DNA of 25,049 nucleotides from an uncultured Chlamydiae bacterium (GTDB lineage: Bacteria > Chlamydiota > Chlamydiia > Chlamydiales > Parachlamydiaceae): contig CAWHMU010000044.1 of NCBI GenBank assembly GCA_963830365.1, forward strand, positions 1 through 25,049, written 5' to 3'. A program made the position numbers and the translations under genes. Under the pieces are notes generated by a model. That model was not told the origin of the DNA. It worked only from the letters and a program-made list of their open reading frames with translations, and did no database searches. Positions 9,746-18,929 of the stretch are shown one piece after another. Numbering within the stretch: position 1 is the first letter of the stretch; every line of letters begins with the position of its first letter.

Positions 9746-9963
9746 CGCAATCTCCTAGCAGTTGATCAACAGATAAGACACCATCATACCTTAAATGCAA
9801 TTTAACTTTAAGACAGAAGAAATTAAGGCCTCGTATCTTCCTTGTGTGCATGAGCATAAAGGCATAAGGCGATCATACCTCGTTACTTCGTGGATTGATC
9901 AGTAATTTCTTTTTTGTCCATTTCTAGATATAGTTGAAGATAGGTCACCCTCAAGAAAAACAA

Positions 9964-9995
9964 CAGGATGGCAGGATGGACAGGATAAACACAGC
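9964..9995 (+). repeat. CAGGAT-triplet repeat copy
   Basis: CAGGATGGCAGGATGGACAGGATAAACACAGC is 29/32 identical to the reverse complement of 14446-14477. Confidence 0.75.
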
Positions 9996-10157
9996 AAGCA
10001 TGCGCTAAGCTCCAGAAGAGCGGTAGATGTGTCAACCATTGTGCAGCCCCCGGGGGACTGGAGATGTATTGGATTGTAAAAGCACCTTAATAGTTCCCTT
10101 GGAGATAGATATGGAAAGATTCATCCACCGCACCGCAGGAACTCGGTCTGCATAGGC

Positions 10158-10399
10158 AAGCCCATCTCTTTGTAGCCCGTTAGCCAAGGCTTGCGAGCGA
10201 AAGTGAAGACAGCCATACTACGGGAGCAGCAAGTAAAGTGCTAACCCCGTAGATGTTACTTTATTTTAAGCTATTAAGTTGCCAATGCATGCAGAGCATA
10301 ACCCCTGCGGGGTAAGCGGTTTCCCTGAAAAACCCATAGCTGCGAGTGTCTTGGCTTTCGCCTGCAAGCCTTAACTAACGGGCTACAAAGGGTGGGCTT
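10158..10399. repeat. ~240-bp element with ~53-bp imperfect terminal inverted repeats (GTAG-type REPIN or MITE)
   Basis: AAGCCCATCTCTTTGTAGCCCGTTAGCCAAGGCTTGCGAGCGAAAGTGAAGACA (10158-10211) versus TGTCTTGGCTTTCGCCTGCAAGCCTTAACTAACGGGCTACAAAGGGTGGGCTT (10347-10399). Confidence 0.8.
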
Positions 10400-10430
10400 A
10401 CCCTCGGTCGTATCACGGCCCAGCATGCAA

Positions 10431-13400
10431 TCATGCAGGTGGCTGTTTTATCAACTTCAGGATTTCAGCCGCTTTGTTCTTTAGGTTCGCATCGTTATGA
10501 TTTGCAAGGCTTGCGGCATTTGTAAAAGCGGCAGCTTTCCCTTTCCCCATTTTAACGGCGGCAAGCAGCAAATCTAAGCCATAGGACATTTCAACCGGAC
10601 GGTTGGTATTTATAGCCGCCGTCGCCACCTGTACTAGGGTATGATCCCAATGCCCTGTTTGCACCCAGGCGAGAGATAGCTTTAGCCCAAGTTGCACATT
10701 GTCGGTATTATAACGCAGTAGTTGTCCCCATTGATAAATACTTTTTATCAATTCATTTGCGACTTGTGATGCGACTTTGGGGGGCATCTTTTGGCAAGCG
10801 ATGAGGGCATCAACAAAGGCCGTGCGTTGTGCCAGACAACCTCGCTGGAGCCATCTTTCAACTTTACCAGGGGTGCTGAGAATGGTGTCTAAAAGGACAC
10901 CGCCATCCTTTTCCTTTTTGGCCACAGCCTCCAATAATTTAAAATCGGAGATGGCAGGCGTAGCGTCCTTGCTAAAGGGGCCAAGGTTAAAGGTTTCTTT
11001 GGCGGCTTTAAGGATTTCATCTGTTACTTCGGGGCTTTGGTCCAAATATAACAAACGGGTAAGGAGGTCATTGCCAGCGTCGTGAATGCTCGGATCGTCA
11101 TTTTTGGTCCATACCATGCCGACGTTAACCAGCGTGCCGATTTGTGCTTTGGTTGGTTGGCATGTTTTTTTCTCGATCTGTGCCAACCAATCTTTTGCTA
11201 TGGCTACCACCAGCGGATAAGACTGCTTGTCGATGGTCACTATCAGCTCTTTGTCAGCGACAGTATTTTGCCACAGCGAAACGATATCGGCGACACTATC
11301 AAATTGGCCGCTTTCAATCAAAGACCGCTGCAAGCTGCCAATTTGCAGATGTGCGGTTCTGGCTTGCTGAATCAACAGGGGATTTTCATCGACTTGAGTC
11401 GGTATTGGTTCTGAGCTTGTAAAATACGTTGCAGGCACAGTAAATGCCACACCCAAATCTGAAATACGCTTTCCCGCTAGCCATAGGCTGCTGCCAGTAC
11501 CATCATCAAGCGTGTCGCCCACCTTAGTAATTAGTGTGCCTGTAAAATCAATGACGCCGCCAACTAACTTTCTAATAACCCGTACGAGTAAAATATTGTC
11601 AGTACTACTGCCGATTGCTGAAAATGCACTTATGATTTTGCCGGCAACACGGATAACTTTTCCCGTGGCTTTGACGAAGTTTCCAGCAGCACTAACGGCG
11701 CTGCCTGACAAACCAATGACGTTCCCTGCAGCACCAATTATGTTGGCCCCGGCACCGCCACAATGCCATAAATAATCTTTAAAGCTATAATACGGGTTGA
11801 CCGGTACATGAATGAGGCTGTCCAGTATGCCAGCAAAATGCTTAACAGTTCCAAAAGCGCTACCTAATGTTCGTCCAGCGAAGCGCATAAAACCTGGGGT
11901 GTTTTCAACGATAACACGGCTGACTTGTTGCTGATGCAGAGCTTTTCTATAGTCTAAGTCGTTAGCTTTTATGGTCGTGCTGATTAGCTGTTGGATAAGT
12001 GTCGGCAACTTTGGTTGCCCGATCAATCCTTTAGCATTGAATTCGGTGAGCAATTCCAGGGCAGCCTTTCTTGAATCCACGGTATTAATCCCAATCAACC
12101 CTGTAACGGCATCCATGGCAGGCTGGTGATAATGAGAACCTTTTTCTAACAACTTCTTGTAGACCGCGACCCCGATAAGGCTGCGCTCTTTGTAGGTATC
12201 GGCAGCCGGATTTCGCGTCAGCCAGGCTTGCATCAGTTTGGCTAAAGCTTGCAAGTCCTGAGTTGTGCCGTCCGCCAGCATAGGCTCTAGCAAGAGGAGA
12301 ATGAGGTCTTTGGGTGGTTTTAAGCTGGTGCCAGTGACCGTACCGAGAGCGTTTAGTAGAAATGTTTGATTGTCTAATAGATCAAACGCTTCTGTTGACG
12401 AGGCAGATATGTCCTGAAAAGCTTGAAAAGATCCTCTTAACTCATTTACCATCTTCTGGAATTCAACATTTGCCAGTATCCTGCCAGGGCTCTTCTTAGC
12501 GTCCGTCAAAATAGCAAGGATGGTGTGGATGCTGGTTTTGATTTTGTCAAAACCTGCCAGCACAGCATTAGTTTTACCAGCTGCCTTTGCTGCAGGTGCA
12601 ACGGTAATCTTAGCTATATTCGCTTGGATTTTCTCTAGGGTCTTAGTGATGGCGGCATCATCCGTTTTTGGCAAAGTCAGTGCTGTTAAATCGGCAGGCG
12701 TGATGTCAAGCGTACTTGTCAGCAGGGCGATTTGCAGGCAGAAGCTGGCGTAGTCTTTTCGCATCTGGGCAGAGATTTGCTTCGGCAGTAGCGAAAGCAT
12801 ATTTAACGCATGATCGATCTCGGCGGATTTGGCGTCAGTGTTTATCAAGTGTTTTTCAAATAGCCCGGAAACTACCTGAGGCGGCAATTGTTGCGGAGTC
12901 AGCTTGCTTAGCTGTTGCAAATCGGGGGAGCTCATCTTAGTCGTCTTGGCCAGCAGCAGCTTTACAATTTTTGCCCTCCAATCAATTTTTGGAACTGTTT
13001 TTGGCTTTGTTTTGGCTGTAGCAGGTTGTGGGCCTTTAGCGGGAGCTGTCGCTGGTGGAGATGAGACTTTAACGGGAGCTGGTGGTGTTATAGAGGTGTC
13101 AATGACCGGATTTACGACACTAGCATTGTTTGGCACGCTAGCATTGAAGATGGCTGTGAGATTGGCAAGAGACTGCGCGGTAGGTCCTGTAAAATTGGCA
13201 GGATCTGACAGGAGGTTGGTCGAAAAGTTTGGTAATGGTATAGCAACTGCTGTCTGATTGGCGTTTGGAAGGCCATTTGCTGGGGTAGGGACAGTGCCAT
13301 TTGTCGAACCGGCGAAATTACTGACTAAATGGCGCCCAAGTTGATAGCCGCTGTATAATAAGATGCCTATGGCCAGCGTTTTTATGCTATTGGTCACAAT

Positions 13401-13961
13401 TTGGCGCCAATTGTAAGAACTCTTTTTGATTTTTTGCAGTAAGGCGGCGGTGTCGGGGATCTTGTTCTCATCGAATTTAAAACTGGCGGGATCGATCGTT
13501 TGCTGGCTAGAAAACTGATTCTTAATTAACTGATTGAGCAATTTTTGAAATAGATCGACGGCATTTTCGCGGTCGCTGGTATAGCCGGTACTATGCAGCT
13601 TGTAAGACATTTGATAGCCCATGGCGAGCAGTGCCAGGGCATTGTCGGCGCCGACAAGTTTGACCAAGTTGGCAGGATTTAACTGCTTAATTTTGGCGCC
13701 TTTATGGGCGTCAGCGACGCCTTCAGCGGCGCCTAAAATCTCAGCGTTTATCCACTGTTGAATGGGATCGTTGCCAACGGTCATTTGACCCGTCAGGCTT
13801 TCGAAGTAGTATTCCTTGATGCTTTCCTGGTCAATGACTTTGTTCAATTTGGACGGCAGGCTGTCAGCCAGGTGTTTCACCATTTCCTTTGGGCCGATGC
13901 CGGCAATAACCGGCAATGCAAATGGTTTAAATGGCGACGAGTTTGAAACCAAGGGTGACAT
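10431..13961 (-). CDS. Large hypothetical membrane-associated protein (1176 aa), candidate secreted effector
   Basis: Long ORF with an S/P-rich N-terminus, a hydrophobic segment at ~aa 195-212, an N/P/T/A-rich linker, a Gly/Ala-rich hydrophobic region at ~aa 695-840 and helical-repeat-like regions. Confidence 0.85.
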   Translation of the reverse strand: MSPLVSNSSPFKPFALPVIAGIGPKEMVKHLADSLPSKLNKVIDQESIKEYYFESLTGQMTVGNDPIQQWINAEILGAAEGVADAHKGAKIKQLNPANLVKLVGADNALALLAMGYQMSYKLHSTGYTSDRENAVDLFQKLLNQLIKNQFSSQQTIDPASFKFDENKIPDTAALLQKIKKSSYNWRQIVTNSIKTLAIGILLYSGYQLGRHLVSNFAGSTNGTVPTPANGLPNANQTAVAIPLPNFSTNLLSDPANFTGPTAQSLANLTAIFNASVPNNASVVNPVIDTSITPPAPVKVSSPPATAPAKGPQPATAKTKPKTVPKIDWRAKIVKLLLAKTTKMSSPDLQQLSKLTPQQLPPQVVSGLFEKHLINTDAKSAEIDHALNMLSLLPKQISAQMRKDYASFCLQIALLTSTLDITPADLTALTLPKTDDAAITKTLEKIQANIAKITVAPAAKAAGKTNAVLAGFDKIKTSIHTILAILTDAKKSPGRILANVEFQKMVNELRGSFQAFQDISASSTEAFDLLDNQTFLLNALGTVTGTSLKPPKDLILLLLEPMLADGTTQDLQALAKLMQAWLTRNPAADTYKERSLIGVAVYKKLLEKGSHYHQPAMDAVTGLIGINTVDSRKAALELLTEFNAKGLIGQPKLPTLIQQLISTTIKANDLDYRKALHQQQVSRVIVENTPGFMRFAGRTLGSAFGTVKHFAGILDSLIHVPVNPYYSFKDYLWHCGGAGANIIGAAGNVIGLSGSAVSAAGNFVKATGKVIRVAGKIISAFSAIGSSTDNILLVRVIRKLVGGVIDFTGTLITKVGDTLDDGTGSSLWLAGKRISDLGVAFTVPATYFTSSEPIPTQVDENPLLIQQARTAHLQIGSLQRSLIESGQFDSVADIVSLWQNTVADKELIVTIDKQSYPLVVAIAKDWLAQIEKKTCQPTKAQIGTLVNVGMVWTKNDDPSIHDAGNDLLTRLLYLDQSPEVTDEILKAAKETFNLGPFSKDATPAISDFKLLEAVAKKEKDGGVLLDTILSTPGKVERWLQRGCLAQRTAFVDALIACQKMPPKVASQVANELIKSIYQWGQLLRYNTDNVQLGLKLSLAWVQTGHWDHTLVQVATAAINTNRPVEMSYGLDLLLAAVKMGKGKAAAFTNAASLANHNDANLKNKAAEILKLIKQPPA

Positions 13962-14445
13962 AAGTCTAATCCTTCATTAAATTATTTATATTAAACAGGA
14001 ATTATATAATAATTTAGTTTAAAAGTCAATGTGATTATATCAGTTGTGAATTACAGCAACAGAGTGAGTAGGCAGAACTATATACAAAAAAATCAACGCC
14101 AGAAACAGCTAATCGGCGCAAGGCCCACAAAGGCTGCCACCCGCACATGTCAGGGAATGCCCCATGGCGAAAAAACACTTGTCCACATCCGTTATCTTCT
14201 CCTCGGATTGCCTCAGCAAGCCGAGGAGTATGCCTCTTTGCGACAGCGTCAAGTTATGAGAGGTTGTCTTTCTTTGCGCCTCTAGACTTTTCCTCCTAAA
14301 TAACAAATCATATGCCGTTTAATATCACCGTGTCGCATTCCATGCTATTTCCCAATAGTAGGCCAAAGGAACTGTCACGCTTTGCGTTGAATCGGATTCA
14401 CAGATTATCAAGCACCGACAATGATACACTAAATGACACCCGAAT

Positions 14446-14477
14446 GCTGCGTTTATCCTGACTATCCTGCCATCCTG
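14446..14477 (-). repeat. CAGGAT-triplet repeat copy
   Basis: GCTGCGTTTATCCTGACTATCCTGCCATCCTG; see 9964-9995. Confidence 0.75.
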
Positions 14478-14602
14478 CTACATGGGGCCGTCATCCTTTG
14501 CATCATTTACGTTCTTTGAGTTCTTGGTTGTTTCTTGGCGTTGAATCGGATTTGCAAGCTATTACCGAACGATGTGGATGTAAATGAAAATTTCCATCAT
14601 TT

Positions 14603-16144
14603 CTAGATTAGCGGCTCGATGCGCTTGATCCCATCTTTATCAATGATGATGCGCAGCTTTTTGAATTCGATTGTGGGAGATTGATCTTCAGAGACCAGGG
14701 TGCGTTTAATGATCATATTGAGATGATAGACTTTGGGCAGATGGATGGTGCGCAATTTGCGCGTGGCCACATCGATGATGAGGCGCGTTTCGATGGGATC
14801 GCCGGCTTGGCGCAGGAAGCGGTGGATGTTAAAGCGGAAAATGATGTTGAGACCCTGGCGGCGTGGATCGGCCGTTCTGGGTGGATTGTTAATTTCGATG
14901 ATGCGTTTATAGAAAAGCACGCTTTCCGGCCGTTGAAAGGTTTCCAGCACGGCATGGAATTCGGCATTGCGGGCGGTTCTGATTTCAGGAGGCAGCTGCT
15001 GCTGGGCGATGAATGAGAATGACTCCTTCATGATGCCGAGGCGGCGTTTGCCTTCCAAAGGCTGGATGATGGTGGTGTAGTCGGGAAATAAGCGCGAGGC
15101 CTGCTGGAAAGAGACCGCGCGCAGCCATTCTTTGATGCGGTCTTTAAGGATATAAAACACGGCGGCGATGAGCATGAAAGGCAGTGAGTTGATCACAAAG
15201 ACACTCCCCAGCCACGCAAACAGCGAAAAGTATATCAGGATGGCCACGCCGGCAGAAAGCGCACCGATCAGATGCTGATAGCGCTGGTTGAGCGACAAGC
15301 GGTTGGTGGTGAGCAGCAGGGCATCCAGGACAAACTTATCCAACAAATTGGCGCGGTATAACATAGCCTCGCCCGCCTGGCCATGCCCTTTATGCTGGGC
15401 TTTGGCGCGGTTAGCAATGGCTTCGCTCAAATGTTTTTCATCGATCAAAATCTGGCAAAGCGCTTTGTCGGCGGCCAGCAGATGCGCATGGGACGTCAGG
15501 CGCAAATTCTCCAGCAGTCCGGTGAGGTAATGCGTGATTACATCGCTTAAGAATTCATCGATATAGAGCATCTGGCGGTAAAAGACAGGATCGCTCCAGG
15601 TCGCTAGGTAGGTACGTTGGGCGCGGGTGAAGATTTCGCGCAACTCGTAAATGTCAGCGCATAGCTGCTGGACGGACGAGACGAAGTCTGTCGAGGCGGC
15701 CGAGATCACGCGCGCTGCCTGCAGCAGGGATAAAAGGCGCTTGCTTTCCTTGCGCAGCGTGCTGCGCACCACGTTGGCAAGCAGTTTTAACTCGTCGGAC
15801 AGATGTTCGCGGTGTTCGGGGGTGTCGGTTTGACTGCAAAGCGTCAGCACGCGCGTAAGAGGGGAGTGTTCATCCTGCAGGTTGAGCAAGTCGGCAAAGG
15901 AAAATTCCGGCGTCTTATAGCGGATCAGCGTGGTCTGATCGAGGTAGAACTGCTCTTTAGTATAGGTGGTGTCGTTGATTTGCAAAGAACTCGGAATAAA
16001 AAGATAAAATTCTTCGATGGCGTGGTTTTGGGCTTTGCCATGCTGTGGTAAAAAATCTGATTTTAGCGCAAACTGCCATTTGTCGCGGATGTGTACTTCG
16101 CCGCTGTCGACATCTTCCCAAAACTGCTCTCTAACGGAATTCAT
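14603..16144 (-). CDS. Hypothetical membrane protein (513 aa) with two adjacent TM helices
   Basis: Hydrophobic hairpin at ~aa 293-335. Lies 12 bp downstream of the YihY gene, so probably in the same operon. Codon style matches the core genes. Confidence 0.8.
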   Translation of the reverse strand: MNSVREQFWEDVDSGEVHIRDKWQFALKSDFLPQHGKAQNHAIEEFYLFIPSSLQINDTTYTKEQFYLDQTTLIRYKTPEFSFADLLNLQDEHSPLTRVLTLCSQTDTPEHREHLSDELKLLANVVRSTLRKESKRLLSLLQAARVISAASTDFVSSVQQLCADIYELREIFTRAQRTYLATWSDPVFYRQMLYIDEFLSDVITHYLTGLLENLRLTSHAHLLAADKALCQILIDEKHLSEAIANRAKAQHKGHGQAGEAMLYRANLLDKFVLDALLLTTNRLSLNQRYQHLIGALSAGVAILIYFSLFAWLGSVFVINSLPFMLIAAVFYILKDRIKEWLRAVSFQQASRLFPDYTTIIQPLEGKRRLGIMKESFSFIAQQQLPPEIRTARNAEFHAVLETFQRPESVLFYKRIIEINNPPRTADPRRQGLNIIFRFNIHRFLRQAGDPIETRLIIDVATRKLRTIHLPKVYHLNMIIKRTLVSEDQSPTIEFKKLRIIIDKDGIKRIEPLI

Positions 16145-16156
16145 AGCGGTATCACA

Positions 16157-17509
16157 TCATCCCTTAATGGTGCGGCGCAGCATGAGATCCAGCGTATAGT
16201 TTATTGGCGCAGCTTTCAGCAAGGCATCGATGGCCGCCAGATTTTCGGCATATTGTTCGGCCTCCTCCGTGAGTATGATCGCATAATGCTCCTGCCGGGC
16301 CGAGTCGAGGGCATCGCAGACATCCTTAATGGTGATGGCTTTGATGTCGCGGCCGGGCTGGTAATAGCCGCTGATGCCGTTGCGCAAGGTGATCTCCACC
16401 AGCAGGCCGGCTTCTATAAATTGGTGTACGAGCTGGCGCGTGGCTGTGACGGCAACGCCGGTGCTCCTGGCGAGATCATAGATAGATGGCGGGGACAGCC
16501 CGTCTTGAAAGGCTTTTATGCAATCATGCATCACCAAAAGTCCCAGCACGCGCTCGTCGAAGTGGCGCTGCAAGGTGAGGGGATAACCGGCATTTAAGGC
16601 CATATAGTTCTCGGCATGATACGCCAGTTCAGCGCCGGCCAGGGCGATCAGCCAGCTGGTATTCAGCCACAAAAGGAAGAGGGGGAGGGCGGCAAAGCTG
16701 CCGTAGATAGCGCCGTAGCTTGCCAGCCCGACCTGGAACTGGATATAGATCCACTGTACAATTTGGTAGAGCGTGCCGGCGGTGATGCCGGCCATTAGGG
16801 CATAGGAAAAGGGGACTCTGCCGTTTGGCATGATGTAATATAGCGCGGTAAACAGCAGCCAGGAAAGGGCTAGTGGGAACAGATGCAAGACCAATACCAC
16901 AAACGGACTAAAGGCTCTGCCCATGTCATTTGTTTCGGTGAAATGCATCAATTCCGTGGTGACAAATACCGTGAAGCTGCTTGAGACGGCAAAGAACAGC
17001 GGACAAAACAGCATCATGGCAAAGTAGTCGCTGATACGGCGTCCCCAGGAACGCGGTCTTTTGATCTTCCAAATGGCATTGAAGGAGGATTCGATGTTGC
17101 CCATCAATTTGAGCACGCTCCAAAACAGCACCGCCAGGCCGACCCCTGCAATCAAGCCGCTTTGGGTGTTTTTCAGCATGCTATGGGCAAAGACGATCAG
17201 CTTGTCGGCAATTTCGCGCTGGTCGCTGAAGCGCAGGATGATCTCGGCTTCAAGGTGCTGCTCGAAGCCGAAGCCTTTAGCGATGCCGAATGCCACCGCC
17301 AAGACAGGGATGATCGACAGCAGCGTATAGAAAGTAAGCGCCGACGCTTTGTCTGAACAGTCATCATCGGTAAAGCCGCGGATGGAGGCCACACAGATGC
17401 GCACGAATTTGCCAAGGCGTGCCGCCAGGGTATGGCGGCCTTTGAAAACCTGCCCCCAATATTCGGCGGAAAAATACTTTTCATAATGCCAACTCTTCAT
17501 AAGGCTCAT
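16157..17509 (-). CDS. YihY/virulence factor BrkB family membrane protein with C-terminal winged-helix (Rrf2-like) extension
   Basis: Motifs ASALTFYTLLSIIP, IESSFNAIW and YGAIYGSFAALPLFLLW, plus a C-terminal LARSTGV..LVHQFIEAGLL..YQPGRD..ITIKDV. Start uncertain (17509 or 17500 more likely than 17536). Confidence 0.92.
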   Translation of the reverse strand: MSLMKSWHYEKYFSAEYWGQVFKGRHTLAARLGKFVRICVASIRGFTDDDCSDKASALTFYTLLSIIPVLAVAFGIAKGFGFEQHLEAEIILRFSDQREIADKLIVFAHSMLKNTQSGLIAGVGLAVLFWSVLKLMGNIESSFNAIWKIKRPRSWGRRISDYFAMMLFCPLFFAVSSSFTVFVTTELMHFTETNDMGRAFSPFVVLVLHLFPLALSWLLFTALYYIMPNGRVPFSYALMAGITAGTLYQIVQWIYIQFQVGLASYGAIYGSFAALPLFLLWLNTSWLIALAGAELAYHAENYMALNAGYPLTLQRHFDERVLGLLVMHDCIKAFQDGLSPPSIYDLARSTGVAVTATRQLVHQFIEAGLLVEITLRNGISGYYQPGRDIKAITIKDVCDALDSARQEHYAIILTEEAEQYAENLAAIDALLKAAPINYTLDLMLRRTIKG

Positions 17510-17573
17510 TCTGCCGTTCGGGCGGATTTTGTGCAAAGAGCTTATACAAAAAAATAGCTATATAGGTAGATCC

Positions 17574-17671
17574 AAAAGGTGTCAGACTTGGTATGTGGAG
17601 GTTTGAGTTTTAAAATATTGATAGCCGGATGTTTAAGCATCAAATCTCAAAATGCCATGCCTGACACTTTT
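17574..17671. repeat. ~100-bp palindromic repeat, copy A (AAAAGGTGTCAG...CTGACACTTTT)
   Basis: Imperfect ~33-bp arms. It is a direct repeat of 18285-18384 and supplies the last codons and stop of the GNAT gene. Confidence 0.85.
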
Positions 17672-18194
17672 TTTTCATATGGTGCCCTATAGGCTTATCA
17701 TTGATGTAATAGGTCGTCTCAATCTCATAGCCGATTTTATTGTAAAGCCCAATAGCTCTTTTATTATGGTCAAAAACATAGAGTTTAAGTACGTGAACCT
17801 CATTTTCTAAAAGAAATATTTCAAAATTATGAAGAGCTTGCTTGCCAAGTCCCTTACCCTGGTACTTCTCTTCGAGGTAAATAGCGTCTAAATAAGCAGT
17901 TTGATCTCTCAGGGAGTATATAAAGTAACCATATTGTGTTCTGTTATCTTCAGAAGAGAGAATATAATAAACTTGCTTGTCATTGTCTAGTTGGTCTTGG
18001 TCTACTTCAGCTATTGCAGCCTCTCTAGCCTCTTTTTCGTTTTCAAAAAGACCAGCCTGCATGAGCTGCTCAGTATAAAATGCCATCATGGAATTGTGAA
18101 TTTCATCCTTTTCGAAAGAATCAGCTGCACGAAAAAGCACCTGAGCATCTAAGGAAGAGGCTATCGAGACAAAGATCAACAAAAAAACTTTCAT
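17640..18194 (-). CDS. GNAT-family N-acetyltransferase with signal-peptide-like N-terminus
   Basis: Motif A IYLEEKYQGKGLGK and motif B LYVFDHNKRAIGLYNKIGY. N-terminus MKVFLLIFVSIASSLDA. Confidence 0.92.
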   Translation of the reverse strand: MKVFLLIFVSIASSLDAQVLFRAADSFEKDEIHNSMMAFYTEQLMQAGLFENEKEAREAAIAEVDQDQLDNDKQVYYILSSEDNRTQYGYFIYSLRDQTAYLDAIYLEEKYQGKGLGKQALHNFEIFLLENEVHVLKLYVFDHNKRAIGLYNKIGYEIETTYYINDKPIGHHMKKKCQAWHFEI

Positions 18195-18284
18195 CTATAA
18201 AACGTCCACTAAAAGAGATGATTGAGATACACTTGGCTTAGAGAATACCAGAAGAAAAGGGCTAAGACCAGTTTTTTAGCTTCG

Positions 18285-18384
18285 AAAAGGTGTCAGGCTT
18301 GGCATTTGGAGATTTGACACTTTAGAATATTGATAGCTATATATTTACGCATCAAATCTCCAAATGCCATGCCTGACACCTTTT
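18285..18384. repeat. ~100-bp palindromic repeat, copy B
   Basis: AAAAGGTGTCAGGCTTGGCATTTGGAGATTTGA versus TCAAATCTCCAAATGCCATGCCTGACACCTTTT, 32/33 complementary. Confidence 0.88.
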
Positions 18385-18463
18385 TTGGGTCCGTACCTAT
18401 GAGCGTTGTTATAAAACTCGTAGTAAGGGTGACCTATGTGACTGTGTATATCTTGACAGAGCC

Positions 18464-18808
18464 ATGATAGGACATCTGGACTTTTCTAGTGATGGTTACA
18501 AACAGTTCCCAATCACAGTTTTTACTTGTGACAACCCTGACCAGGTTCTAAAAAGACTATCTGTTTTTCGAAATATGCTTGAAAAACTGAAGTCGGAAGT
18601 TGCGGGTTGGGAACTTAATCCTCAATACTTCTGTAAAGTTCTATGCTTAAATGCTAAGATACAATTTTCTTTAGTAGACCTCGTTGAACATGCTTACTCA
18701 GCTTTCGTGCAAGAAAATCCAAATCATTTGCTTCTCTTCCAATTTCGATATATTTGGAGAGAAGAATACCGCCTTTCAAGACAAAATGCTCACGGTGTTT
18801 CGAGTTAG
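18464..18808 (+). pseudogene. Possible truncated gene whose 3' part runs antisense into abiEii
   Basis: The first ~75 codons look protein-like. TTGACA occurs just upstream at 18453. The remainder overlaps abiEii on the opposite strand. Confidence 0.3.
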
Positions 18809-18929
18809 CCAAACGCACTAAAAAGCGCTCAAGCGTGAGATTTTGCCAAAGATCAGCGGGATCTCGATTTTTTTCTTTTGCGATAGCTCGCAGTTTTGCT
18901 TTGAATGATTTTTCTAAATCTGATGTCAT
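18654..18929 (-). pseudogene. abiEii: Truncated AbiEii/AbiGii-family nucleotidyltransferase toxin
   Basis: LERFLVRL, FVLKGGILL and GREANDLDFL motifs, but only 91 aa. Similarity appears to end near RKLS (~18695), and I found no recognisable continuation in other frames. ATGA overlap with abiEi. Confidence 0.85.

Noticed and set aside
939..17484. Numerous short antisense or overlapping ORFs within ribH, ribBA, the AsmA-like gene, the 1176-aa gene, the 513-aa gene and yihY
   Set aside because: Shadow ORFs of GC-rich coding sequence with no recognisable motifs.
17574..18384. Integron attC sites
   Set aside because: No RYYYAAC/GTTRRRY cores and no intI gene in the window.
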